Position numbers and translations under genes: made by a program
Assembly: GCF_006345805.1 (NCBI RefSeq)
Contig: NC_043021.1
Coordinates: 19,282,001 to 19,346,000 of the forward strand
From: Octopus sinensis
Taxonomy: Eukaryota
DNA: 64,000 bases
Direction: 5' to 3'
Shown here: piece after piece, positions 1-11,129 of the stretch
Layout of the letters: the number at the start of each line of letters is the position of its first letter
Numbering within the stretch: position 1 is the stretch's first letter
Notes under the pieces: model-generated
The model's input: only the letters and a program-made list of their open reading frames with translations
What the model was told of the DNA's origin: nothing
Database searches by the model: none

Positions 1-147
1 TCTGAGTTTGATCAAATGAAATATGCAAAATTTTGGTACCCAGTGCCTAGTCTTAGTCGCATATTCTTTATTTTGAACTTGGTCTCCAACTTCTGATTTG
101 AGTGGGGGTTTTTTTTTCTCTCTTTTGTTAACCATACTTCTATTTAA

Positions 148-870
148 CCCTTTCGATACCAACCCGGTTGAAACCGCCTCTGGCTCTCTAGTACAAATGT
201 CTTGTTTTCATAAGTTTTGAAGTAAAATCTCCCATCAAACCTTAGTCACAATTAATATTCCTAACACAAACTTAATGATAACTAAGTCATTTTACTGAAT
301 TCTTTGCGATATCTAACACTAGCTGAATGATAACTAAGTCATTTTACTAAATTCTTTGCGATATCTAACACTAGCTGAATGATAACTAAGTCATTTTACT
401 AAATTCTTTGCGATATCTAACACTAGCTGAATGATAACTAAGTCATTTTACTAAATTCTTTGCGATATCTAACACTAGCTGAATGATAACTAAGTCATTT
501 TACTAAATTCTTTGCGATATCTAACACTAGCTGAATGATAACTAAGTCATTTTACTAAATTCTTTGCGATATCTAACACTAGCTGAATGATAACTAAGTC
601 ATTTTACTAAATTCTTTGCGATATCTAACACTAGCTGAATGATAACTAAGTCATTTTACTAAATTCTTTGTTACATTTAAAGTAATTGAAAGAAGCTAGT
701 GTTAGATATCGCAAAGAATTCAGTAAAACAACTTAGTTATTATTCAGTTAGTTTTAGGAACATTAATTGTGACTAAGGTTTGGTGGAAGATTTTAATTCA
801 AAACTTAAGAAAACAAGGCATTTGTACTACAGAGCCAGAGCCGGTTTCAGTCGGGTTGGTCACGAAAGGG
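148..870. mobile_element. piggyBac-like MITE, foldback composite with an internal 52-bp tandem array
   Basis: TTAA at 144-147 and 871-874. Termini CCCTTTCGATACCAACCCG and CGGGTTGGTCACGAAAGGG. 695-870 is an inverted copy of the left part. Confidence 0.8.
260..670. repeat. 52-bp minisatellite, about 8 units
   Basis: Unit ctaacactagctgaatgataactaagtcattttactaaattctttgcgatat. The gcgatat marker recurs at 306, 358, 410, 462, 514, 566 and 618. Confidence 0.95.
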
Positions 871-949
871 TTAATATGCTAAAAAAAATTTTTTTAAATA
901 AATATAAGTCTTCAAAGTCCATTTATTCTCTTTGCACCTCTTTCTGCAG

Positions 950-1168
950 AATATCCGCCGTGAACAGAAGCTTCAACAACAGAACGCATTATCTGCAGAA
1001 CAGTCCGATGGTAACACAGCTAATGGTAACACGACAAACAACCCTGTACAACTGAGACAGAACTGTAGCAGTGGCTTCAGCAATGCCGTCATTAATCTGT
1101 TGGTCGTCGTCGTCTTTGCAGCCTTTGCCTATATTGTGAAATATGTTCTTACTAGCGGACTGGAGTAA
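950..1168 (+). CDS. UBE2J2: Last coding exon of ubiquitin-conjugating enzyme E2 J2 (tail-anchored ER E2); gene starts upstream of the window
   Basis: Acceptor tttctgcag|AAT at 949/950. Reads NIRREQK...NAVINLLVVVVFAAFAYIVKYVLTSGLE*. The transmembrane tail matches the recalled human UBE2J2 C-terminus (ANLFVIVGFAAFAYTVKYVL). Confidence 0.85.
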   Translation, partial: NIRREQKLQQQNALSAEQSDGNTANGNTTNNPVQLRQNCSSGFSNAVINLLVVVVFAAFAYIVKYVLTSGLE

Positions 1169-1384
1169 GCCAGTGGAAAAAAAAACAATTTGCCTATGGA
1201 CATGTGTATTTCTTTACTCCCTCTGACCCCACCTCTCTCTCTCTCTCTCTCTCTCTGTTTCTTTCTTTCCATCTCTGATTCTTCCAGTTTCCTAATACCT
1301 TGTCTTATTTTTCTACACTCATTCATAGTGTCCTATGCTCTCTCTCTCTCTCTCTCGCTCTCTCTCTCTGTCATGTATTATCCT

Positions 1385-1602
1385 ACAGACACACACACAC
1401 ACACACACACACGTATATAAGATGTAGATATATGAATGTGTGTTTATGTGGATGGCAGTGGTGGGGTTGTCTAGTAGATGTATATGTGAAACATATACAT
1501 ACGTTATATATATGCATATGTATGTATGTGTATATATATATATATGTTTATGTATGTGTATAGATATGTAAATGTATGTATATATGTTTGTGCATGTGTA
1601 TA

Positions 1603-1647
<45 letters not shown>

Positions 1648-1844
1648 AGATATGTAAATGTATGTATATATGTCTATGCTTGTGTATATATATATATATG
1701 TGTGTGTGTGTGTATGTATAAATATGTGTACATATATATATGCATATATATATATGTGTGTGTGTGTGTATATATGTGTGTATATATGTGTATATATATG
1801 TGTGTATATATGTGTATATATATGTGTATATATATGTGTATATA

Positions 1845-1888
<44 letters not shown>

Positions 1889-2187
1889 GTAACAGATATA
1901 TATGTGTATACATGATACAAGGGAAGCCCCCATACTGTGATCACTTTAGGTCGAAGGCTTTTCTATAACAATAACCATTTGGTAAAGGATTTTCAATTCA
2001 GTGTTTGGGACCCACTAATTTTCTTAATAGCCATTGGGGAGGGCGGGGTCACCTTGTGTTAGAATAAACGGCGGCTTACCTTCTGTGTGCATGCATGGGT
2101 GTGGATGCACATGTTCCTATAAGTATACACGACACGCACACACGTGTGTGTGTGAATATATTACAGAAGGAAATATATATGTATACT

Positions 2188-2220
<33 letters not shown>

Positions 2221-2243
2221 ATGCATATCTTATATGCATGTAT

Positions 2244-2282
<39 letters not shown>

Positions 2283-2385
2283 GTATATTTATTTGTATAC
2301 ATATGTGTGTATATGTGTTAATGTTTGTGTGTGTGTGTGTATATATATCAATATATCATACATGTATATATGACCTGTATACAGG

Positions 2386-2447
<62 letters not shown>

Positions 2448-2454
2448 GTATATG

Positions 2455-2535
<81 letters not shown>

Positions 2536-2590
2536 ATATGTGTGTGTATATATGTGTGTGTGTGTGTGTATATATATATGTGTGTGTGTG

Positions 2591-2651
<61 letters not shown>

Positions 2652-2902
2652 ATATATATACATGTGTGTGGTGTGTGTATATATATACATGTGTGGTGTG
2701 TGTATTATATACATGTGTGTGTGTGTATATATATACATGTGTGTGTGTGTGTAATATACATGTGTGTGTGTGTGTACTATATACATGTGTGTGTGTGTAT
2801 ATATACATGTGTGTGTGTGTGTGTATATATATACATGTGTGGGGTGTGTGTGTATATATCAATATATCATACTTGTATATATGACATGTATACAGGTATA
2901 TA

Positions 2903-2958
<56 letters not shown>

Positions 2959-3110
2959 CGTGTGTGGGATGTGTGTGTATGTATGTATATATATATATGC
3001 ATGTATGTATACATACGTGTGTGGGATGTGTGTGTATGTATGTATATAATATATATATATGTATGTATGTATATATATGTATGTATGTATGTATATATAT
3101 GCGTACACTT
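1385..3110. repeat. Compound (TA)n/(TG)n/(CA)n microsatellite field
   Basis: Near-continuous dinucleotide repeats. Source of the spurious YI, HT and CV ORFs. Confidence 0.95.
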
Positions 3111-3530
3111 ACTCGTTCTAAATATCTGATATAGCCATTCTGCTAAAAAAAAAACAACAATGCTTGCAGTTACAGTTTTCACATTTACAGATTTTTATTA
3201 TTATTTCTCTCTTATTTTTTTTTTTTGAACTGCCCTTTTATTTCCAAAATGTAATGTGGAACTAATTTGAAGAAAAGAATTTTGTTTTACAAAAAAAAAA
3301 AAAAAAACTTAAGGTGAGGGGCTTCTTTTCTTCTTTCATTTCTTTTGTCCTCAACTTCTTTTGGTGATAAGAAACCTAAAATCTGTACATACTGAACCTG
3401 TATAATATTTGTATATGAGGCATGGGCTCCTGTATTATTATTATTAATACTATTATTATTATTACCATTATTATTATTATTATTATTAATACCATTATTA
3501 CTATTACCATTATTATTATTATTATTATTG

Positions 3531-4514
3531 AGGCGGTGAGCTGGCAGGATCCTTAGCACGCTGGGCAAAATGCTGAGCAGCGTTTCGTCTGTCATGATGT
3601 TCCGAGTTCAAATTCTGCCTTTCTTCCTTTCGGGGACCGTTAAGTTAATTACTGCGCTTCGATGTAATTGACCCGTACAACCTCCCCCAGAAGTGGCTGC
3701 CATTGTGGCAAAATTTGAAACCATTATTTTTACTATTATTATTATTATTACTATTATTATTATTGTTATTATTGTTATTAAGGTGGCAAGCTGACAGACT
3801 CGTTAGCATGCCGAGCAACCTAATTAGTGACGTTTCTACCAGCTCTTTACATCCTGTGTTGAAATTCTGCTGAGGTCAACTTCGCTCTTCACTCCTTCAG
3901 GGGTTGAGAAATATGTGCGTACATATGTACGTACGTATCATTTGCATCCAGGGTCTCTATAATCAACTGGGCCCTTACCTCCCTTCCGCCACCACCACCA
4001 CCACCTCCACAAACTTCAGGCCTTGTGCCTATAGTGGTAAAGGATTGTTACGGTTATTTTTAAAGGCGCCAAACTGGCCGAAATGTTAGCAGCATTTTAC
4101 CTGGTCTATTCGTTGTGAGTTCAAATTCTACCATGATCAAATTTGCTTTTCATCCTTTTAGGGGTCGATTAAAACAACAAATAAATAAAAACAAAGTAGC
4201 AGTCAAGTACTGGCGGTGATATAATTGACTTACCCCTTCCCTCTACATCTACTGGCCTTGTGCCAAAATTTGATACCATTATTATTATTATAATTATCAT
4301 AGGTGGCGAGCTGGCAGAATCATTAGCACGCAGGGCAAAATGCTTAGCGGTATTTCCTCAGCCGCTATGTTCTCAGTTCAAATTCCACTGAGGTCGACTT
4401 TGCCTTCCATCCTTTCAGAATCAATAAATTAAGTACCAGTTGCATACTGGGGTCGATGTAATCGACTTATTCCCCCCCCCCCAAATTTGAGGCCCTGTGC
4501 TTCCAGTAGAAAGG

Positions 4515-4546
<32 letters not shown>

Positions 4547-5010
4547 GACGGTGAGGTGGCAGAATCGTTAGCACACTGGGCAAAATGCTTAGCGGTATTT
4601 CATCTCCCACTACATTCTAAGTTCAAATTCCGCTGAGGTCGACTTTGCCTTTCATCCTTTTGGGGGTTGATAAATTAAATACCAGTTGCGCACTGGGGTT
4701 GATCTAATTGACTGCCCCCCCCCCTCCCGCCAAATTTCAGGCCTTGTGCCTATTGTAGAAAGGATTATTATTATTATTATTATTAAAGCAGTGAGCCTGA
4801 CAGAATCATTGGCACCATGGACAAAATGTTTCGCAACATTTCATGTCTTTACACTCTAAGTTCAAATTCCGCCGAGGTTGACTTTGCCTTTCATCCTTTC
4901 GGGGTCAATAAAATAAGTATCAGTTGAATACCGACATCGATGTAGTTGAATTACCCACTTCACAGACCTTGATGGCCTTATGCCAAAATTTGAAACCATT
5001 ATTACTATTA
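3531..5010 (+). mobile_element. Head-to-tail stack of about 6 copies of an (ATT)n-tailed tRNA-type SINE
   Basis: Repeated GGCGGTGAGCTGGCAGAATCGTTAGC...GAGTTCAAATTCC...GACTTTGCCTTTCATCCTTTCGGGGTCGATAAA units separated by (ATT)n. More copies at 5715-5970, 30905-31150 (-), 35140-35750 (-), 58840-59210 and 59710-60410. Confidence 0.8.
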
Positions 5011-5401
5011 TCATTATTATTGTTGTTTATGATGTGGAAATTTTTTTTTTTTTCTTACCTTCGTCGGTAAGAAAAACAAGAATTTGAAAGATTCCTTGAA
5101 CAGTAATAATAAAAATAATAACGACTGCCGCATAATTAATAGTAATTATTATTTTTAGCTATATTGATTAATCGTTAACCAGTCAGTCAGTCAGTCACCT
5201 CCTCAAACACTTATCATTCTGAATTTGTCCTAGAAATACCTGATGTGAATCAGAGGTGATTGTCATATAAAGAACACATTTGTAATTATAATAACCATTG
5301 ATTAGAATGACTGTGTCACTGTTCTACACACACACACACACACACACTGTGTATGTGGAGGAGAATGGGTGTGTGTGTGTATATATATATATATGTATAT
5401 A

Positions 5402-5468
<67 letters not shown>

Positions 5469-5931
5469 GTTTTGTCTATTTATGTCGGTCAGTTGTGGAG
5501 AGGGTTGGGATTTGTCGTCGTCCCTCTGTGGTTGATAATATCTATATCAGTCACGCACAGTGGTGGTGGTGGTCATGGAGGGAGGGAGAAGAGAGGCAGC
5601 GGGACTACAATCGACTACACTATAGTACCTCCCTGTGCTCTTCTCCACCACCTGCACAATTTATGGCCTTGTGTCAATATGTGAAATCATCATCATCATC
5701 ATCATCATTATGATTAAGGAGGCGAGCTGGCAGAATCGTTAGCACGCCGGGCGAAATGCTTAGCAGTACTTCAGCCGTCTTCACTTTCTGAGTTCAAATT
5801 CTGCCAAGGTCGACTTTGCCTTTCATCCTTTCAGGATCGATAAAATAAGTACCAGTTGAACACTGGGGTCAATGCAATCGACTCAGCCCCACCTCCCCCA
5901 AGTTTGCTGCCCTTGTGGCAAAATTTGAAAC

Positions 5932-5975
<44 letters not shown>

Positions 5976-6975
5976 CTTGTAAAGAATTGCAGCAACAACC
6001 ACAATAATAGTGATGATGATAAAAAATTCGATCTGTAATTTCTAATGATATTCTACCAATTTCAGCTGTTTGTAACGAGATATGAAGAAGAAATGATTAT
6101 ATACAAAATTGTGTGAAAAGAATTAAAAAAAAAATATGTATATTTATCTTGGATTTGTTGGTTTGTTTTATTTTTTTGTTTGATTACTTTATTATTGTTT
6201 TTGTTCAGTATTTATTCACTTCCATGGAAGACTGGAAACAAAGGACACTGCTTGCATGACAGTGACACTCGTTTACGACTATCATACAATGCCAAGGCAA
6301 GAACACAGTAATACACATGCTCACACATATATTCATTGGTTAGAATGTTGGGCTCACAACGATGAGGTAGTGAATTTGATTACCAGACTAAGCTGTGTGT
6401 TGTATTCTTAACCCTTTTGTTATCATATTTCTGTTGAGATATTCCGTGTTTTATAATACATTTCCGTAACTTAGCAGTTCAGCAATGGAGCCTGATAAAA
6501 TAAGTACCAGTCTTAAAAATTATAAGTCCTGGGGTCAATTCAATTGACTAAAAATTCTTCAAGGTGGTGCCCCAGTATGGTCGCAGTCTAATGACCAAAA
6601 CAAATGAAAGAGCATTCCATATTACCCGTGTTTCATTACTAATAGGAAATACATGTGTAACTCCTATAAGTAACGAAACATATGTAAAGTGGCATACCTA
6701 AAAGTTCTTTCCAGTTTTCTGTTTTAATATGTGTATATAGGTGAAGAACCCCTTCAGTCATGAATGACCATGGGATTGCACCTAGGAAGTTCCCCTCTGA
6801 GGTACAAGTGCGGGCAAGGTTGTTTATGGAAGACCAACAATCATCCATGCATACCAGCCACCGATGTTATCCGAGGGAAAGGCAAAGGCTTGATACAGCT
6901 TGGCACCAGTGACGTTGCAACTCATTTCTACAGCCGGGTGAAGTGGAGCAATGTGAAATAAAGTGTCTTGCTTAA

Positions 6976-7610
6976 CCCTTTCGTTATGAACCCAACTGGC
7001 TCTGAGTACAAATGTCTTGTTTTCATAAGTTTTGAATTAAAATCTTCCACCAAACCTTAGTCACAATTTATGTTGCTAACACTAGCTGAATGATAACTAA
7101 GTTATTTTGCTAAATTCTTTGTTATATTTAAAGTAATTGAAGGAAACACAGAGCATCTCAACAGAAATATGGTAACAAAAGGGTTAAAATATATAATAGA
7201 GAAACAATTCTTAACCCTTTCAATACCAACCCGGCTGAAACCGGCTCTGGCTCTCTAGTACAAATGTCTTGTTTTCATAAGTTTTGAATTAAAATCTTCC
7301 ACCAAACCTTAGTCACAATTTATGTTCCTAACACTAGCTGAATGATAAAGTTATTTTACTAAATTCTTTGTTATATTTAAATTAATTGAAAGAAACACAG
7401 AGCATCTCAACAGAAATATGTTAATGAAAGGGTTAACAAATGATTAATTTGACTCTTTCGTTACCAACCCAAGTGGCTCTGGCTCTGTAGTACAAATGTC
7501 TTGTTTTCATAAGTTTTGAATTAAAATCTTTCACTAAACCTTAGTCACAATTTATGTTCCTAACACTAGCTGAATGATAACTAAGTTATTTTGCTAAATT
7601 CTTTGTTATA
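6976..7610 (+). mobile_element. Cluster of three piggyBac-like MITEs (6976-7183, 7215-7432, truncated 7453-7610)
   Basis: TTAA|CCCTTT...AAAGGG|TTAA ends on the first two copies. Same internal sequence as the 148-870 element. Confidence 0.85.
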
Positions 7611-8624
7611 ATCATCGTTTAACGTCCATTTTCCATGCTAGCATGGGTTGGACGGTTTGACCGGGATCTGGGAGGCCAGAAGGCTGCACCAGGCTCCAGT
7701 CTGATCTGGCAGTGTTTCTACAGCTGGATACCCTTCCTAACGCCAACCACTCCAAGAGTGTAGTGGGTGCTTTTTATGTGCCACCGGCACAGGTGCCAGG
7801 CAAGGCTGGCAACAGCTACGATCGGATTGATGCTTTTTACGTGCCACCGGTACAGGGATCACAACTACAATTTCCATTGATTTTTGATCAGTGTGCATAT
7901 TTCACAGAGTAAGTGATTTGAGAGAAAAACCGGGTACATGTAGCATTAGATATAGTGTGCAAGAGAGAAAACTGGTGGTATGGCCATGTAATGCATGTAA
8001 ATGAAGACAGTTGCATTGGACTCACAGAGGGGATGAAAGGGTTCCAAAACACTTGGCATTTTGCTGTGCTTGAAAAGACACACTAAGCTAAGTAAAAGCA
8101 TGCTTGTCTTTGTGTACAGTCTCGTCCCCTGAAACCCCCTCCAAATGAGCATCCCTAATCTTGCAGGCTTATAGGGGCAGCTGCCACATAAAAAGCACCC
8201 AGTACATTCTGTAGAGTGGTTGGCGTTATGAAGGGCATCCAGCTGTAGAAACCATGCCAAGACAGGCAGACAGGGAGCCTGATCAGCCCTTCAGCTGGTT
8301 GGCTCCTGTCAAACCATCCAACCCATGCCAGCATGGTAAACAGATGTTAAATGATGATGATGACGGTACACAATGAGCTTCTTTCATTTTCTACCTATTG
8401 AATCCACTCATAAGGCTTTGATCAACGTGAGGCTATAGCAGAAGATACTTGCCCGAGGTGCCACACAGTGGTACTGAACCTGGAACCATGTGATTGGGAA
8501 AGCAAGCTTCTTAACCACACGACCACACCTGTACTTAAGCCAAAGATTTTTCCAATTTTCTGTTTTAATATGTAATAGCAGCTACAAATATACTTTGGTG
8601 TTCTGGAATCTGCAGATGTGCTTC

Positions 8625-9140
8625 ATCATCATCATCATCATCATCATTTAGCATCCGTTTTCCATGCTAGCATGGGTTGGACGGTTCTACTGGGGTCTGT
8701 GAAGCCAGAAGGCTTCATCAGGCCCAGTCAAATCTGGCAGTGTTTCTACGGCTGGATGCCCTTCCTAACGCCAACCACTCCGTGAGTGTAATGAGTGCTT
8801 TTTACGTGCCACCCGCACAGGTGCCAGACAGAGCTGGCAAATGGCCACGAACGGATGGTGCTTTTTATGTGCCACCGGCACGAGGGCCAGGCGAGGCTGG
8901 CAACGGACACGAACGGGTGGTGCTTTTTACGTGCCATCGGCACGAGGCCAGTCAAGGCAGTGCTGGCAACGGTCGCGAAACGGAAGGTTCTCTTACATGC
9001 CACCGGCACTGGTAACACATCTGCAATTTCCATTGATCGATTTCGATTCTGATCCTCACTTGCCTCAACAGGTCTTCACAAGTAGAGTTTTGTGTCCCAA
9101 GAAGGGAAGGTATGCATACGTAGGCTGGCTCCATCCCATG
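8625..9140 (-). mobile_element. 5'-truncated RTE LINE copy (3' UTR with (GAT)n tail)
   Basis: (ATC)n then atttagcatccgttttccatgctagcatgggttggacgg... Representative of the dominant repeat. Other copies include 7611-7890, 16230-16492, 17320-17722, 19358-19545, 20478-20990, 24205-24525, 25110-25372, 28183-28500, 34490-34868, 48600-48990 and 57920-58220. Confidence 0.8.
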
Positions 9141-9519
9141 TAGAAGGCCACGAGGATAAATATTTGGATACTACTATTCTTATACCTGATGTGTACATAT
9201 TGTCCTTATAACATTTTTGATGATGAGATATTCGAACTCATGCTGGACAGATTGCTGTTTCAACTTAGAAAATTTACTATCGTCGGTAATAGAATTACAG
9301 AAACTGCAACAACAGCAGTGTGGAGGCACAATGGCCCAGTGGTTAGGGCAGCAGACTCGCTGTCATAAGAACACGGTTTCGATTCCCAGACCGGGCATTG
9401 TGAGTGTTTATTGAGCAAAAACACCTAAGCTCCACGAGGCTTCGGCGGTGGATTCCCCTGTACTCTTTCACCACAACTTTCTCTCACTCTTTCTTCCTAC
9501 TTCTGCCACAAAGCAGAGG

Positions 9520-9955
9520 AACCATGGTGTAACCCACTATGGTGTGGTAAACTTTCAGACCTTAGTCTAGATTGCGAATCCTCTGTGCCCCAGGATGGTT
9601 CAGCACTCCACCCGTTTAAAAGCCACTGTTTACGGAATGAGGATAACAATGTAGCACCCACCGTATTCTCCTGACCTTGTCCCTTCTGACTTCCACTTAT
9701 TCTCTCAATGCATGATTGGCGATACAAAGTTCGAAAACGAAGAAGTTGCGAAATCGTTCCATTACAACTTTATTAATACAAAGCCATGCGATTTCTAGAT
9801 GAAAGGATTCAAAACTTTACCTGAACGGTGGCAAAAGGTGATCCATAACAAGGGTAATTACCTTTTGGATTGATTGTTCTATGTTGTTTTTTTTAATTGT
9901 TAATAAAGTGATATGTTAGAAGTGTCCAAGAACTTTCTTACCAAACTGATTTATA
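9520..9955 (+). mobile_element. Degenerate mariner transposase 3' fragment
   Basis: HPPYSPDLVPSDFHLF from 9655, followed with frameshifts or stops by ...LPERWQKVIHNKGNY. Confidence 0.85.
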
Positions 9956-9966
9956 TATACAGTCAT

Positions 9967-10350
9967 GGAGGCGCAATGGCCCAGTGGTTAGGGCAGCGGA
10001 CTAATGGTCGTAGGATCGCGGTTTCGATTCCCAGACCGGGCGTTGTGAGTGTTTATTGAGCGAAAACATCTAAAAGCTCCACGAGGCTCCGGCAGGGATG
10101 GTGGTGATCCCTGCTGTACTCTTTCACCACAACTTTTCTCACTCTTACTTCCTGTTTCTGTTGTACCTGTATTTCAAAGGGCCGGCCTTGTCACTCTCTG
10201 TGTCACGCTGAATATCCCCGAGAACTATGTTAAGGGTACACGTGTCTGTGGAGTGCTCAGCCACTTACACGTTAATTTCACGAGCAGGCTGTTCTGTTGA
10301 TCGGATCAACCGGAATCCTCGTCGTCGTAACCGACGGAGTGCTTCCATCC
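9967..10350 (+). mobile_element. tRNA-derived SINE
   Basis: A-box TGGCCCAGTGG and B-box GGTTTCGATTCCC followed by a non-tRNA body. Related copies at 9322-9495, 17725-17930 (-), 31775-32056 (-) and 63021-63290. Confidence 0.85.
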
Positions 10351-10357
10351 ATATATA

Positions 10358-10560
10358 CAGTGGGGGGAAATAAATATTCGTACATGTCAAAATTATTTAT
10401 TTATTTAATTTCTAATGAAAATAAATGGGATATACCAATACTATATTTGCATACACATGCATAAACTAAGAATATGCAAAAGAAACTAATAAATTACAGT
10501 AAGTAAGGAATTCATATTCAATTATAAATATTTAGGGGTGAAAAAAGTATTCGTACAGAA
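10358..10560 (+). mobile_element. Tc1-like element end with IR/DR architecture, truncated
   Basis: TA|CAGTGGGGGGAAATAAATATTCGTACA, with an inner direct repeat GGGGTGAAAAAAGTATTCGTACA at 10535-10557. Confidence 0.65.
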
Positions 10561-10579
10561 CATAAATAACTGATAATTC

Positions 10580-11072
10580 TGAACTTCCTCCACCCAATTC
10601 TTCTTCTAGAAACAATACTTTCAGAGCATCTGCCACCATTGTTAATTTGGTCTCCTAGGAAACAGAAACTATTTACAACCTCAAGAGACCCTTCTGGGCA
10701 TTTGAGAGAATCTAAGTCCTGTGTGCCCTTAGCGCTTATTGTTCCTGCACATTTGCCACACACAAAGACTACTTTATCTGTTAATCTACCTGTGATTCCA
10801 CTGCACCTCTTATGTGTCCATAGTTTACACTGGGTGCAGCAAATGGAATTTCTTCCAACTCCTTTCCTACATCTTGAGTAGGGCCATTCACCTGATAGAA
10901 AGAGAGTTTTATCTTCTTTGTTACTAACAACTTTGGTCTTTGCTAGGTTAACTTTAAGACCCTTTGATTCCAGGTTTTGTTTCCATACCTTGGATTTCTT
11001 CTCCAATTCTGCTAAAGATCCTGCAATAAGAGCAAGGTCATCAGCATATAGCAGTCCCCATGGGAGGGCAGG
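10580..11072 (-). mobile_element. RTE-clade LINE reverse transcriptase fragment
   Basis: PWGLLYADDLALIA...GLKVNLAKTKV...F.FLGDQI...RIGWRKFR (YADD motif and thumb). Confidence 0.9.
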
Positions 11073-11078
11073 GACACA

Positions 11079-11129
<51 letters not shown>

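Noticed and set aside
260-670. CRISPR-like regular array
   Set aside because: Units are contiguous and near-identical with no unique spacers, there are no cas genes, and the context is eukaryotic.
780-1055. 91-aa ORF overlapping the UBE2J2 exon
   Set aside because: Starts inside a MITE and is out of frame with the conserved exon.
1300-3182. Many long ORFs rich in YI, HT or CV (also at 47007, 52053, 63302 and elsewhere)
   Set aside because: Translations of dinucleotide microsatellites, which lack stop codons in those frames.
8677-9143. Recurrent ORFs such as MLAWVGRF, FLQLDALPNANHS and AFYVPPA suggesting a small gene family
   Set aside because: They are readings of the RTE 3' UTR repeat on either strand, with frame not conserved among copies.
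9967-10040. tRNA genes (also 26785 and 63021)
   Set aside because: A/B boxes are present but no acceptor-stem closure was seen, and they continue into a shared repeat body, so they are SINE heads.
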